The position numbers and the translations under genes were made by a program. A stretch of 15,119 bases of DNA from an uncultured Acidobacteriota bacterium (GTDB lineage: Bacteria > Acidobacteriota > UBA6911 > RPQK01 > JAPXNP01), in contig CAVZRV010000012.1 of assembly GCA_963777605.1 (NCBI GenBank), forward strand, positions 1 through 15,119, written 5' to 3'. Positions 1 to 7,940 of this stretch are shown here, one piece after another. Each line of letters opens with the position of its first letter. Positions within the stretch are counted from its first letter, which is position 1. The notes below the pieces were generated by a model. The model saw only the letters and a program-made list of their open reading frames with translations. It made no database searches and had not been told where the DNA came from.

Positions 1-760
1 CGGTGGCCTTGACCCCGACGCAGATGCCACCTAACCCAAAACGAGTTTTGGCCTTTCAGATCATTCAAGCCCAGTTCGGCTGAAATCCCAAGCGCGGTCT
101 CCGGGTGGGTTGCACACGACCGGTCGGGGCCACAAGCCTGGAAGTCCCTCATACCAATTGCCGCATCGCAGAGTATGCGGTATTGACCACTCTCACTATC
201 GACTGCAGCGAGGTATCGCGGATGTCCGGAGAGATGGCTCGGAACCCACGGGGAATTCTCGTGGTGGTATGTCGGCTCGAACCGACGACCCCCTGCGTGC
301 AAAGCAGATCCCACAATTGGCCGGAAACACCCCATTTGCGTGGCGTTTGTTTTCAGGCAGTTACGGCCACTCGGTTGTTGCTGGTTGCTCCTTGTGGGTC
401 TGTGAAGCCTTGAACAGCTACAAATCTGACTACATCTTCCACAACCCGCCTACTCTTGCGCCTATCCAAGCCCAGGAGTGTGTTTACCGGGTCCAACCGG
501 TAAAACGTGTTTGGGGGAGCCCGGTGCACGAGTTGTGCAGGTATGGCTCAGAGAGGAGTAGGCGACAACCAACTTCGGTTGACGTCTTGAGGCGCCGCAG
601 GGAAACCAGACGAGAAGCAGAGAAGATAAGCCTCGGCCTCAGACCTTGCGGGAATCCGTATACTCGCCGAGTGTGTGTGTTGATCATGCTAGTAACCAGA
701 ACCTTGAACTTCAGGGCAGTTGTCTGTATCTTCTAGCCTTCTCTGTACCTAGCATCGATG
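1..760 (+). ncRNA. Candidate large structured non-coding RNA, family unassigned, probably 5'-incomplete
   Basis: More than a dozen nested local and long-range stems read by eye (e.g. 98-104/226-232, 155-166/175-185, 304-316/392-403 enclosing 318-323/364-369, 447-457/554-564, 483-490/497-504, 686-692/749-755), a C(UUCG)G tetraloop hairpin at 570-581, and mismatches that are mostly G-U wobbles on the + strand. No convincing protein. Boundaries approximate. Confidence 0.5.
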
Positions 761-840
761 TGGATTTTACACTCGTTTCCCCGACGTCAACTACATTTCC
801 CTACCGCATTGACTCATAATTTTTGTTGTTGAAAGCGGGC

Positions 841-880
841 CGTTGCCTCAAGAGAATGTTACCGAGATTGGGAGGCAACG
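841..880 (+). promoter_or_regulatory. Hairpin sequestering the transposase RBS
   Basis: CGTTGCCTC (841-849) is the perfect reverse complement of GAGGCAACG (872-880), which covers the SD and abuts the ATG at 881. Confidence 0.6.
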
Positions 881-2488
881 ATGGACCGTCAGATCAGCAA
901 AGAGGCGAGAGCCGAGTTACTGGAAGCATTAAGGGAACGTTATCGCACCTCTGGGAAGGCGCAGAAGACTCGCATCTTGAACGAGTTCACGGCCGTAAGT
1001 GGCTACCACAGAAAGTACGCAACGCGCCTTCTGGGTGCCAGTCGGTTTCGAGAGAGTGACGTGACAGACGGCTTCAAACCTGCAGGGACCAAAGGCCGGC
1101 AGATCTACGATGAGGCAGTTAGGGAAGCGCTGGTCGTGCTTTGGGAAGCCGGAGACCGGATGTGTGGGAAACGACTGAAGGCCATCGTCCCCCAGTTGGT
1201 CGGAGCTTTGGAGCGTCACGGCCACCTGGCCCTCGACCCGGAAGTAAGGAGGCGTTTACTGGAAGTCAGTCCTGCAACGATCGACCGCCTACTGGCTCCG
1301 ATCCGCAAGCAGTCGAAGTCCCGCAGGAGACGGAGAGCGGTTCGAAAGATCAGCAAAAAGATTCCAGTACGCACCTTTGGAGACTGGAATGAGCCTCCTC
1401 CTGGCTATCTCGAAATCGACTTTGTTGTGCACTGTGGCGGCAGCATGGCCGGTTCATTTCTTCACACGTTGGTAGCGACGGACATCTGCTCAGGCTGGAC
1501 TGAATGCGTCCCCCTTCTGGTCCGGGAGCAATCGTTGGTGGTTGAAGGATTGGAGGCGCTCTTCCGCCAGATCCCCTTCCCGATTCGGGGCATTGACTCC
1601 GACAACGATGGAGCGTTCATCAACGACACCCTGTTGGGTTTCTGCGAGATGCACGGGATTGAATTCACTCGTTGCCGCGCTTACAAGAAGAACGATCAGG
1701 CGTGGGTGGAACAGAAGAACGGCTCTATTGTCCGGCGATTGGTTGGGCACGATCGGTTCTCCGGTATCATCGCTGCTCAGACCCTGGCGCACTTGTATCA
1801 GTCGGCTCGCCTCCACGTGAACTACTTCCAGCCCTCCTTCAAACTACGAGACAAGTCTCGAACTGGGTCGACCTTCAAACGCAACTACGACCTTCCGGCG
1901 ACTCCATGTGAACGGGTGTTGCGCCGGTCGGACGTCGAAGAGGCGATCAAAAAGAGACTGCGTTCCGTGCGTGACCGATTGGACCCGCTGGAACTGCTCC
2001 ACTCAATCCGTGAGGGTCAGGCCGCCCTGGCTCACCTGGCCTCAAGGACTGATTCCATGGAAGGGCCAGGAAAGAAGACGCTTGAACAGTTTCTCACAGA
2101 GTTGCCGACCTACTGGAAAGGAGGTGAAGTCCGGCCAACACACAGAGAAACTAAACAGGACGCCTCTCGTCACTGGCGAACCAGAAAGGACCCCTTCGAA
2201 GCGGTCTGGCTCGATGTGCTTCAGTGGTTGCAGCATGATCCAGACGAAACCGCCAAGGGACTGTTCGAACGTTTGCTGGACAAGTATCCCGGCCGTTTCT
2301 CAGATGGCCAACTAAGGACTCTCCAGCGCCGTGTTCGCGAATGGCGCCAGGTGATGGCCAAGCAACTCGTCTATGCCTTCATGAACGGTCCCACACCGGA
2401 GCAAAACGCCGCTGAGGTCAGAGTAGTCGGCGACTGTAGAAAAGAACACACTGCTCCGGGGCTGCACCGAGAATCCAACGGGGACTGA
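881..2488 (+). CDS. DDE (integrase-core) transposase, 535 aa, with C-terminal IstA-like HTH domain
   Basis: GGAGG RBS at 871-875; N-terminal helical/HTH region (GYHRKYATRLL); catalytic motifs LEIDFV, IDSDNDGAF, WVEQKN; codons 2168-2347 align ungapped to IstA codons 10355-10534. Confidence 0.92.
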   Translation: MDRQISKEARAELLEALRERYRTSGKAQKTRILNEFTAVSGYHRKYATRLLGASRFRESDVTDGFKPAGTKGRQIYDEAVREALVVLWEAGDRMCGKRLKAIVPQLVGALERHGHLALDPEVRRRLLEVSPATIDRLLAPIRKQSKSRRRRRAVRKISKKIPVRTFGDWNEPPPGYLEIDFVVHCGGSMAGSFLHTLVATDICSGWTECVPLLVREQSLVVEGLEALFRQIPFPIRGIDSDNDGAFINDTLLGFCEMHGIEFTRCRAYKKNDQAWVEQKNGSIVRRLVGHDRFSGIIAAQTLAHLYQSARLHVNYFQPSFKLRDKSRTGSTFKRNYDLPATPCERVLRRSDVEEAIKKRLRSVRDRLDPLELLHSIREGQAALAHLASRTDSMEGPGKKTLEQFLTELPTYWKGGEVRPTHRETKQDASRHWRTRKDPFEAVWLDVLQWLQHDPDETAKGLFERLLDKYPGRFSDGQLRTLQRRVREWRQVMAKQLVYAFMNGPTPEQNAAEVRVVGDCRKEHTAPGLHRESNGD

Positions 2489-2567
2489 GAGAGGGTCGTG
2501 CCTGGAATCGGAAACCCAAAGGGATGGTGTTCCGTCTTGGGAGGTGACAGTAAGGGTCCTTCGCCGC

Positions 2568-2649
2568 CCACCGAGGAGGCCCGGCTGCACTTCGTCCTGC
2601 GCCGCCTCCGGCGGCTCCGGACTCCGTTCCGCCCGGGCCTCCTCGGTGG
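2568..2649. repeat. 17-bp perfect inverted repeat in the IS 3' region
   Basis: CCACCGAGGAGGCCCGG (2568-2584) / CCGGGCCTCCTCGGTGG (2633-2649) with an inner GCCGCCTCCGGCGGC hairpin. Confidence 0.85.
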
Positions 2650-2791
2650 TAAAACACCTCAATCAACAACATGGTGTCAGGCAAAGCAAAAGGCTGAAAT
2701 CAGAGCAAACCAGGTCGACAAACTCAACATTCTCACTGGTAAGATTCCAGCCTGAGGCAACGGGCCAGGGAAATGTAATTGTCGTCGAGCA

Positions 2792-3110
2792 CCCGATACT
2801 TTTCGGTGAGTTGAACCCACGAGGTTATGTAGGATGCGCCGGGTGCGTCGCGTCTCCGGATCCGGCCTGCGAGGACGAATGGACAGGAGACGAGATCTGC
2901 CAGAGGGCCCTCGACCGGCTCGTCGCTTCCGGCACCACACCGCTCGGAGTCCTCGTGTTTCGCCATGTGGAGGGCCGGCTCGAGGGAAGCCGGATTCTCT
3001 TTCCTTGGCTCGAGGACACTGCGGAAGTCGTACGGTTGTTCGACGAGATTTGCGATGGAGCGGCAAAGAGTGTCGCGGCAGAGGCGAAGGTGTGGGAGAG
3101 GATTCAGTGA
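2792..3110 (+). pseudogene. 3' remnant of a hypothetical gene truncated by the IS21-type end
   Basis: Protein-like frame (PILFGELNPRG...AEAKVWERIQ*) begins right after the terminal CA at 2790-2791; the upstream part of ORF 2544..3110 is IS sequence. Confidence 0.45.
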
Positions 3111-3140
3111 AGCGAAGCAGCCGCAAGAATTAGCGGTGTC

Positions 3141-3367
3141 CTAGCGTTCCCAGATTGTCGATCGGACCTGATCTCGAAAGCGACGTTCGACTCGAACCGC
3201 AAACTCTTCTATGTCTTTCACGCTGTGATCAACCGCCAGCTCAGCGACCGCTTTCTTTCGGCCCCGTTTGGTCTGCCAGTGTTGAAAAGGGTACCCCTCA
3301 ATCGGGAGGAATGTACCTGATCCTCGCTCCGGAGCGCTCATGATTGTGCTTCCCGTGTTGTACGGAG
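3141..3367 (-). pseudogene. 3' remnant of a gene truncated by IS66, resembling the DUF7002 C-terminus
   Basis: Frame PYNTGSTIMSAPERGSGTFLPIEGYPFQHWQTKRGRKKAVAELAVDHSVKDIEEFAVRVE...IWER* starts exactly at the IS66 left end. The family call is from memory and needs an HMM check. Confidence 0.55.
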
Positions 3368-3567
3368 GTAAGCGTCCGGTGAACCCATCTTTTCTCCAGT
3401 AGTCTCCCGACGGATACTCCGCGACAGTGGCGCGGGGCGTGGTGCCTGTGCCGAGGTGTGCGAACTGGGACGGAGGGATCCGATGGGGCGAGCGAAGCGG
3501 GATGTGGGGAAGGAGCGGTACTTGTCCCGTCCTGAAATAGGTTGACACGAAAACGAAAGGACAGGAC

Positions 3568-3972
3568 ATGGAGCAGCGAGTCATTCGGTACAGCGAAGCG
3601 TTCAAGCGGCAGGTGGTGGAGGAACTGGAATCGGGGCGGTATGGATCGATCCAGGAAGTGCGGCGCAAGTACGGGATCGAGGGGGGCGATACGGTTCCGA
3701 AATGGTTGAAGAAATACGGACGGGAACACCTGCTGCCGAAAGTTGTTAGGGTGGAACGCATGGGAGAAGGCGATCGAATCGAAGCATTGGAGAAACGGGT
3801 AAGGCAGCTGGAGAAGGCGTTGACGGAGGCGAACCTGGACAAGGTGTTGAGTAAAGCGTACTTCGAACTGGCCTGTGAGGAGTTTGGGATCACGGACGTG
3901 GAAGCGTTTAAAAAAAACGCCGATCGGCGGCTGTTCGAAAAGGACATGCAGGGCGGGACGCGACGGGGATAA
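3568..3972 (+). CDS. IS3-family OrfA (HTH plus coiled coil)
   Basis: RYSEAFKRQVVEELESG...KYGI...WLKKYG HTH followed by a leucine-zipper-like segment; purine-rich RBS upstream. Confidence 0.92.
   Translation: MEQRVIRYSEAFKRQVVEELESGRYGSIQEVRRKYGIEGGDTVPKWLKKYGREHLLPKVVRVERMGEGDRIEALEKRVRQLEKALTEANLDKVLSKAYFELACEEFGITDVEAFKKNADRRLFEKDMQGGTRRG
3907..3930 (+). promoter_or_regulatory. Probable -1 programmed frameshift site fusing OrfA and OrfB
   Basis: TTT followed by A8 (3910-3917) and C; orfB is in the -1 frame and that frame is open from the A-run to 3975. Confidence 0.7.
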
Positions 3973-3974
3973 CG

Positions 3975-4790
3975 GTGACAGGGTTGTGCCGGCGAGTAGG
4001 GATGAGCCGGCAGAACTACTACCGGGAGAAGCGGCAGCGGCAGCGCGAGCAGGTCAACGAAGCGCTGGTGGTGGAACTGGTGCAGCGGGAGCGGCGGCAA
4101 CAGCCGCAACTGGGAGGACGCAAGCTGCTGCACCTGCTGGAGAAGGAACTGGTACAAGCGGGGGTGGCACTGGGTCGGGACCGGTTTTTTGATCTCTTGC
4201 GCCGCCATGGACTGCTGGTTGAGAGACGGCGCCGAACGGTGCGGACGACGGCCAGCCGGCATGGATTTCGAGTGTACCGCAACCGGTTGAAGGAACGTCG
4301 GATCGAAGGGCCGCACGAGGCGTGGGTGAGTGATCTGACGTACGTGCGGACGGACAAAGGGTTTCTGTATTTGTCGTTGATCAGTGACCAGGCAAGCCGC
4401 AAGATCGTGGGCTGGGAAGTCAGTGAGAGTCTGCGTGCGGAGGGGAGTTGCCGGGCCTTGCGCCAGGCGGTGCGGCAACTGCCGAAAGGGAAACGGCCGC
4501 TGCATCACTCGGATCGGGGGATTCAGTACTGCTGTCGGGACTACATCGGGATCCTGGAGAAGCGGGGTCTGGAGGTGAGTATGACGGAGGAGAATCACTG
4601 TTATGAGAATGCGCAGGCGGAACGGCTGAACGGGATCCTCAAGCAGGAGTACGGGATCGGGGGTTGTTTCCGGACGAAGGCGCAAGCGCGGGAAGCGATC
4701 CGGCAAGGGATCGGGCTGTACAACCACCGAAGGCCGCATCAGAGTCTGGGCTATCGAACCCCGGAAGAAGTGCATCGGCAGGCGGCCTGA
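3975..4790 (+). CDS. IS3-family OrfB DDE transposase
   Basis: WVSDLTY, HHSDRGIQY, ENAQAERLNGILKQE and YNHRRPHQSLGYRTP motifs. Confidence 0.96.
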   Translation: MTGLCRRVGMSRQNYYREKRQRQREQVNEALVVELVQRERRQQPQLGGRKLLHLLEKELVQAGVALGRDRFFDLLRRHGLLVERRRRTVRTTASRHGFRVYRNRLKERRIEGPHEAWVSDLTYVRTDKGFLYLSLISDQASRKIVGWEVSESLRAEGSCRALRQAVRQLPKGKRPLHHSDRGIQYCCRDYIGILEKRGLEVSMTEENHCYENAQAERLNGILKQEYGIGGCFRTKAQAREAIRQGIGLYNHRRPHQSLGYRTPEEVHRQAA

Positions 4791-4862
4791 TCCACACGAT
4801 GTGGAAAACCGGTGTGGATGGCAAAGAAAGAAAAAAGAGCCAAAAAAGAAAGAAAAGAACTC

Positions 4863-4944
4863 GGCCTGATGGAAAAGTGGAAAACGCGGCTCAGCATCCT
4901 CGCACCGCCCAATGGTTCAGGCGTTTCCCACTTTTCCACAGGCC
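4863..4944. repeat. Long imperfect inverted repeat in the IS3 3' region
   Basis: GGCCTGATGGAAAAGTGGAAAACGC (4863-4887) / GCGTTTCCCACTTTTCCACAGGCC (4921-4944). Confidence 0.85.
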
Positions 4945-5307
4945 CGACGACGAACTCAAAACCTCAAAACAAACTGTCAACTTTTAATCAGGACTTGACA
5001 ACTGGCGGAAGACGATCCGGGAGGCGGCCGGCAGTGGACTGTCGATCCGGGAGTTCTGCCGGCGGAATGATCTGAGCGAGAGTCAGTTTCACTGGTGGCA
5101 GCGCCGGTTGAGAACGAACGAGCGCGGCGGCTCGAAACGCAAGCCCACAGATGAGAGCCGGGCGAGCTTCGCGCTGGTCAGCGAGGAGGCGGCAGGGCTG
5201 GAAGCCGGTCTGGAACTGGTCCTGATTGACGGGCGTCGGCTGCGCATCGGCCGGGGAGTGGACGAGGAGACGCTGCGGACGGTGCTCGGGGTGGTGGAGG
5301 CGAGTGG

Positions 5308-5688
5308 GTGCTGAGTTTCCCGGCGGCGGTCAAGGTCTATCTGTGCACCCTGCCCTGCGACATGCGGCGCTCCTTCGACGGGCTGTCGATGATGGCCGAG
5401 CACGTGATCGGCTGCAATCCCTTCTCGGGTCACCTGCTGGTGTTCTGCAACCGACGCTCGGATCGGGTCAAGATCCTGTACTGGGACCGGGACGGATGGG
5501 CGATCTGGTACAAGCGGCTGGAGGCGGGAACGTTCGCCTTTCCCTTTGCCAAGACGGGACGCAAGGAGATCGCGGCCTGGGAGCTGGGCGTGCTGCTGGA
5601 GGGGATCGATCTGGGTCGGGGCCGACGGCGCAAGCGCTACGTTTTGCCGGGGGAAACCGAAGTGGAGCAGGCGCCGGCAAGGGGATGA
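5308..5688 (+). CDS. tnpB: IS66 accessory protein TnpB
   Basis: DMRRSFDGL, VFCNRRSDRVKILYWDRDG and YKRLEAGTF motifs. This is IS66 TnpB, not the IS605 RNA-guided TnpB. Confidence 0.96.
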   Translation: MLSFPAAVKVYLCTLPCDMRRSFDGLSMMAEHVIGCNPFSGHLLVFCNRRSDRVKILYWDRDGWAIWYKRLEAGTFAFPFAKTGRKEIAAWELGVLLEGIDLGRGRRRKRYVLPGETEVEQAPARG

Positions 5689-5718
5689 AAAGGATTGCCG
5701 GAAAAGGGCATTTAGGGG

Positions 5719-5754
5719 TGGATAAAAGCCGAGAGCTCTGCTATGCTCTCGGCT
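5719..5754 (+). promoter_or_regulatory. Internal sigma70-type promoter overlapped by a 10-bp inverted repeat
   Basis: TGGATA (5719-5724), 17-bp spacer, TGc-TATGCT (5742-5747); AGCCGAGAGC (5727-5736) / GCTCTCGGCT (5745-5754); ATG at 5755 with no SD. Confidence 0.55.
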
Positions 5755-6114
5755 ATGACAAACGATTCCTCCACCACGCTGCGCCAACAGATCGAGCAGA
5801 TCCAAACCGAGCTGGCGGCTCTGGGGCCGATCCACCCCGGGAGCCTCTCCGAACAGTACAACGTCTGCGGGACGCCGGGCTGCCGCTGCAAGGATCCCGA
5901 CGATCCCCAAAAGCACGGGCCCTACCACCAGTTGAGCTTCACCTGGCGGGGCAAGAGCAGCTCGCGGTTCGTCAAACAGGATCGGCTCGAGGCGACTCGC
6001 CACAAGGTGGCCAACTACAAACGGCTGCGCGACCTGGTCAACCGCTGGGTGGACCTGGCCGTCGAATTGGAGCGGGCCGAACGCGAGGAAGCCAAACAGA
6101 GCCATGGAGCTTGA
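5755..6114 (+). CDS. DUF6788-like IS-associated small protein (CxxxxCxC...H)
   Basis: GSLSEQYNVCGTPGCRCKDPDDPQKHGPY...TWRGKS motif; overlaps the tnpC start. Start could be 5743. Confidence 0.8.
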   Translation: MTNDSSTTLRQQIEQIQTELAALGPIHPGSLSEQYNVCGTPGCRCKDPDDPQKHGPYHQLSFTWRGKSSSRFVKQDRLEATRHKVANYKRLRDLVNRWVDLAVELERAEREEAKQSHGA

Positions 6115-7460
6115 TCCCACCCGGCTGCCGGCCGATCCGGGGGCGCTGCGGGCCATCATCCTCGAACTGGTCGAAGATCTGGAGACGAGCCGGCGTCGAC
6201 TGCGCCAGGCCCAACACCTGTTGGAACAGCTGCTGCGTCACCGCTACGGGGCGAGACGGGAGCGGGTGGACGAGAACCAGCTGTTCTTGTTTGCCGCCGG
6301 GATCGTCGAAAGCGGCAAGGATCGGACACCCCCGGCGAGAGAAGAGACCCCCGCGCCGAAACCGCAAAGGAGAGGCCATGGTCGCCGGCCGCTGCCGGCC
6401 TCGCTCGAGCGCCGCCGGGTGGTCTACGACCTCGGGGAGGACGAACGGCATTGCCCCGAATGCGGGGATCCCCTGCACCACATCGGAGAGGACACGAGCG
6501 AACGGCTCGAGTACGTCCCGGCCTCCTTTCAGGTGATCGAGGAATCGTGTCAAAAGTACGCCTGCCGGAAGGGATGCACGGTGGTGACGGCCGACAAACC
6601 GCGGGCGCCGATCGACAAGGGAAGGCCGGGGCCGGGACTGCTGGCCCAGGTGGCGGTCTCGAAGTACGCCGACCATTTGCCGCTGTATCGTCAGGAAGGC
6701 ATCTATCGGCGGCAGGGCGTGGAGTTGTCGCGCCAGACCCTGTGCGGGTGGATGCGGCAATGCGCCGAACTCGTCGATCCTTTGTATGAACGGATGAAGC
6801 GTGAGGTCCTGAGCTCGAAGGTGGTCGGAACCGACGATACGCCGGTCAACGTCCTCGACCGGAGCCGATCGCGGAGCCGGGTGGGTCGGATCTGGACCTA
6901 TGTGGGGGACGGCCGGCATCCTTACACGGTCTACGACTACACGCCCAATCGCAGCCGGGCCGGACCGGAAGCGTTCCTGGACGACTTCACCGGATATCTG
7001 CAGGCGGACGCCTACGCCGGTTACGATCAGCTCTATCAGAATCCGAAGCGCCCGGTCGTGGAGGTGGCCTGCTGGGCGCACGCCCGGCGCAAGTTCTTCG
7101 AGGCCCAGTCGTCGGACGTGATGCGCTCGACGGTTTTACTGGCCTACATCCGGCTGTTGTACGACGTCGAACGGGAGGCCCGAAAGGCCAGGCTGACGGC
7201 AAAGCAACGTTATCGGTTACGGAGCCGGCGTTCGGGGCCGATTCTCGACGACATCCACGCCTACCTGGAAAAGGAGCGGGAACAGGTCTTGCCGAAGTCT
7301 CCGATCGGGGTGGCCATCGGCTATGCGCTCTCGAACTGGCGGGCGTTGGTCCGCTAACTGGAGGACGGGGATCTCGAGATCGACAACAACCCGGCCGAGC
7401 GCAGTCTGCGAGTGATCGCCATCGGACGAAAGAACTGGATGGTCCATGGTAGTGACAACA
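6104..7460 (+). pseudogene. tnpC: IS66 transposase TnpC with a nonsense codon and 3' truncation
   Basis: CPECG zinc finger, KYADHLPLYRQ, TDDTP, QADAYAGY, CWAHARRKF; TAA at 7355-7357 where Tyr is expected, then in-frame LEDGDLEIDNNPAERSLRVIAIGRKNW until similarity stops. Confidence 0.92.
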
Positions 7461-7940
7461 GTGAACTTGCCGGAGCCGCGTTGAAGCGGAAGTCTCTCGC
7501 CGGCCCAAGCGACAGCAAGAATACCGAATGCGCCGCTTCAGATTTCTCGATCGGGCCCAGGGCTTCCTCAGTGTTCACGAAGCGGCAGCCCAGGATCTGT
7601 TTCGAGGGGGTTTGACACCTCTGCTCAGCGACAATGAATAAGATTCTTTCGGGCGTCCGCGGCAGCGGCATGACTGAAAGAATCCATTGAGCTAAACCGC
7701 CCTCCAGGTTGAGCTGTCTATGGGGATTCAACTTGGGGAAGGATCACCGCCGCGGCGAACGGCGCCGCCGGGATGAGCGGAACAGGTCGGCGGGAGAGTG
7801 AGATGCCGGAAACGCGGAGGGTGTTTCTCCCGCTCTTGGACTCATCCGGATCGAAACCGAGGCCGGAGGCGCAACAGCGGACACAATGGGACGGTTCGGT
7901 TCGAAGGAACCGGAAGCCGGAGCGGGACGAACGGATTGCT

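Larger units (their letters stand above)
842..2761 (+). mobile_element. IS with rve/DDE transposase (IS481/ISNCY-like, family uncertain)
   Basis: Imperfect terminal IRs GTTGCCTCAAGAGAATGTTACC (842-863) and GGTAAGATTCCAGCCTGAGGCAAC (2738-2761), flanked by direct repeat GGGCC at 837-841 and 2762-2766. Ends at 841/2762 with a 3-bp GGC repeat also fit. Confidence 0.85.
778..2791 (-). mobile_element. Non-autonomous IS21-type mini-element (89 bp once the nested IS is removed)
   Basis: 778-805 TCCCCGACGTCAACTACATTTCCCTACC is 26/28 identical to the reverse complement of the IS21 right end at 12901-12928. The reverse complement of 2766-2791 (TGCTCGACGACAATTACATTTCCCTG) is 22/26 identical to the reconstructed IS21 left end at 7622. 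No ist genes between; no target duplication seen. Confidence 0.75.
3523..5000 (+). mobile_element. IS3-family insertion sequence, 1478 bp, apparently intact
   Basis: TG...CA ends; IRL TGTCCCGTCCTGAAATAGGTTGACA (3523-3547), IRR TGTCAACTTTTAATCAGGACTTGACA (4975-5000); 3-bp duplication ACT at 3520-3522 and 5001-5003. Confidence 0.96.
3483..5314 (+). pseudogene. tnpA: IS66 TnpA split by the IS3 insertion (3483-3522 + 5004-5314)
   Basis: Removing 3523-5003 restores MGRAKRDVGKERY-WRKTIREAAGSGLSIREFCRRNDLSESQFHWWQRRL...LELVLIDGRRLRIGRGVDEETLRTVL, a typical IS66 TnpA that overlaps the tnpB start. Confidence 0.9.
3368..7460 (+). mobile_element. IS66-family element, defective, right end missing
   Basis: Left end GTAAGCGTCCGGTGAACCC (IS66 GTAA terminus); tnpA-tnpB-accessory gene-tnpC order; TnpC similarity ends at GRKNWMVHGSDN (~7460) and no right IR is found. 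Confidence 0.9.

Noticed and set aside
424-440. Minus-strand AAGATGTAGTC resembling the group I intron S element
   Set aside because: No matching GACTA (R/P7 partner) upstream on that strand, and wobble polarity favours the + strand.
110-736. 208-aa ORF across the structured region
   Set aside because: TTG start, no clear RBS and no recognisable motifs; pairing density argues for RNA structure, though coding is not excluded.
809-820. TTGACT and CATAAT as a promoter
   Set aside because: The two boxes are adjacent, with no 17-bp spacer.
2544-3110. 188-aa ORF as a complete gene
   Set aside because: Its first half runs through the IS hairpin and IRs, so it is a chimeric frame.
3141-4775. 544-aa minus-strand ORF
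   Set aside because: Antisense shadow of IS3/IS66 crossing two element junctions; only the last ~75 codons look genuine.
5308-5688. TnpB as an RNA-guided nuclease
   Set aside because: Name overlap only; this is the IS66 accessory protein with no RuvC motifs.
5089-7081. Long alternative-frame ORFs over IS66 (5089..6159, 5226..6536, 6038..7081)
   Set aside because: GC-rich shadow frames overlapping well-supported IS66 genes.
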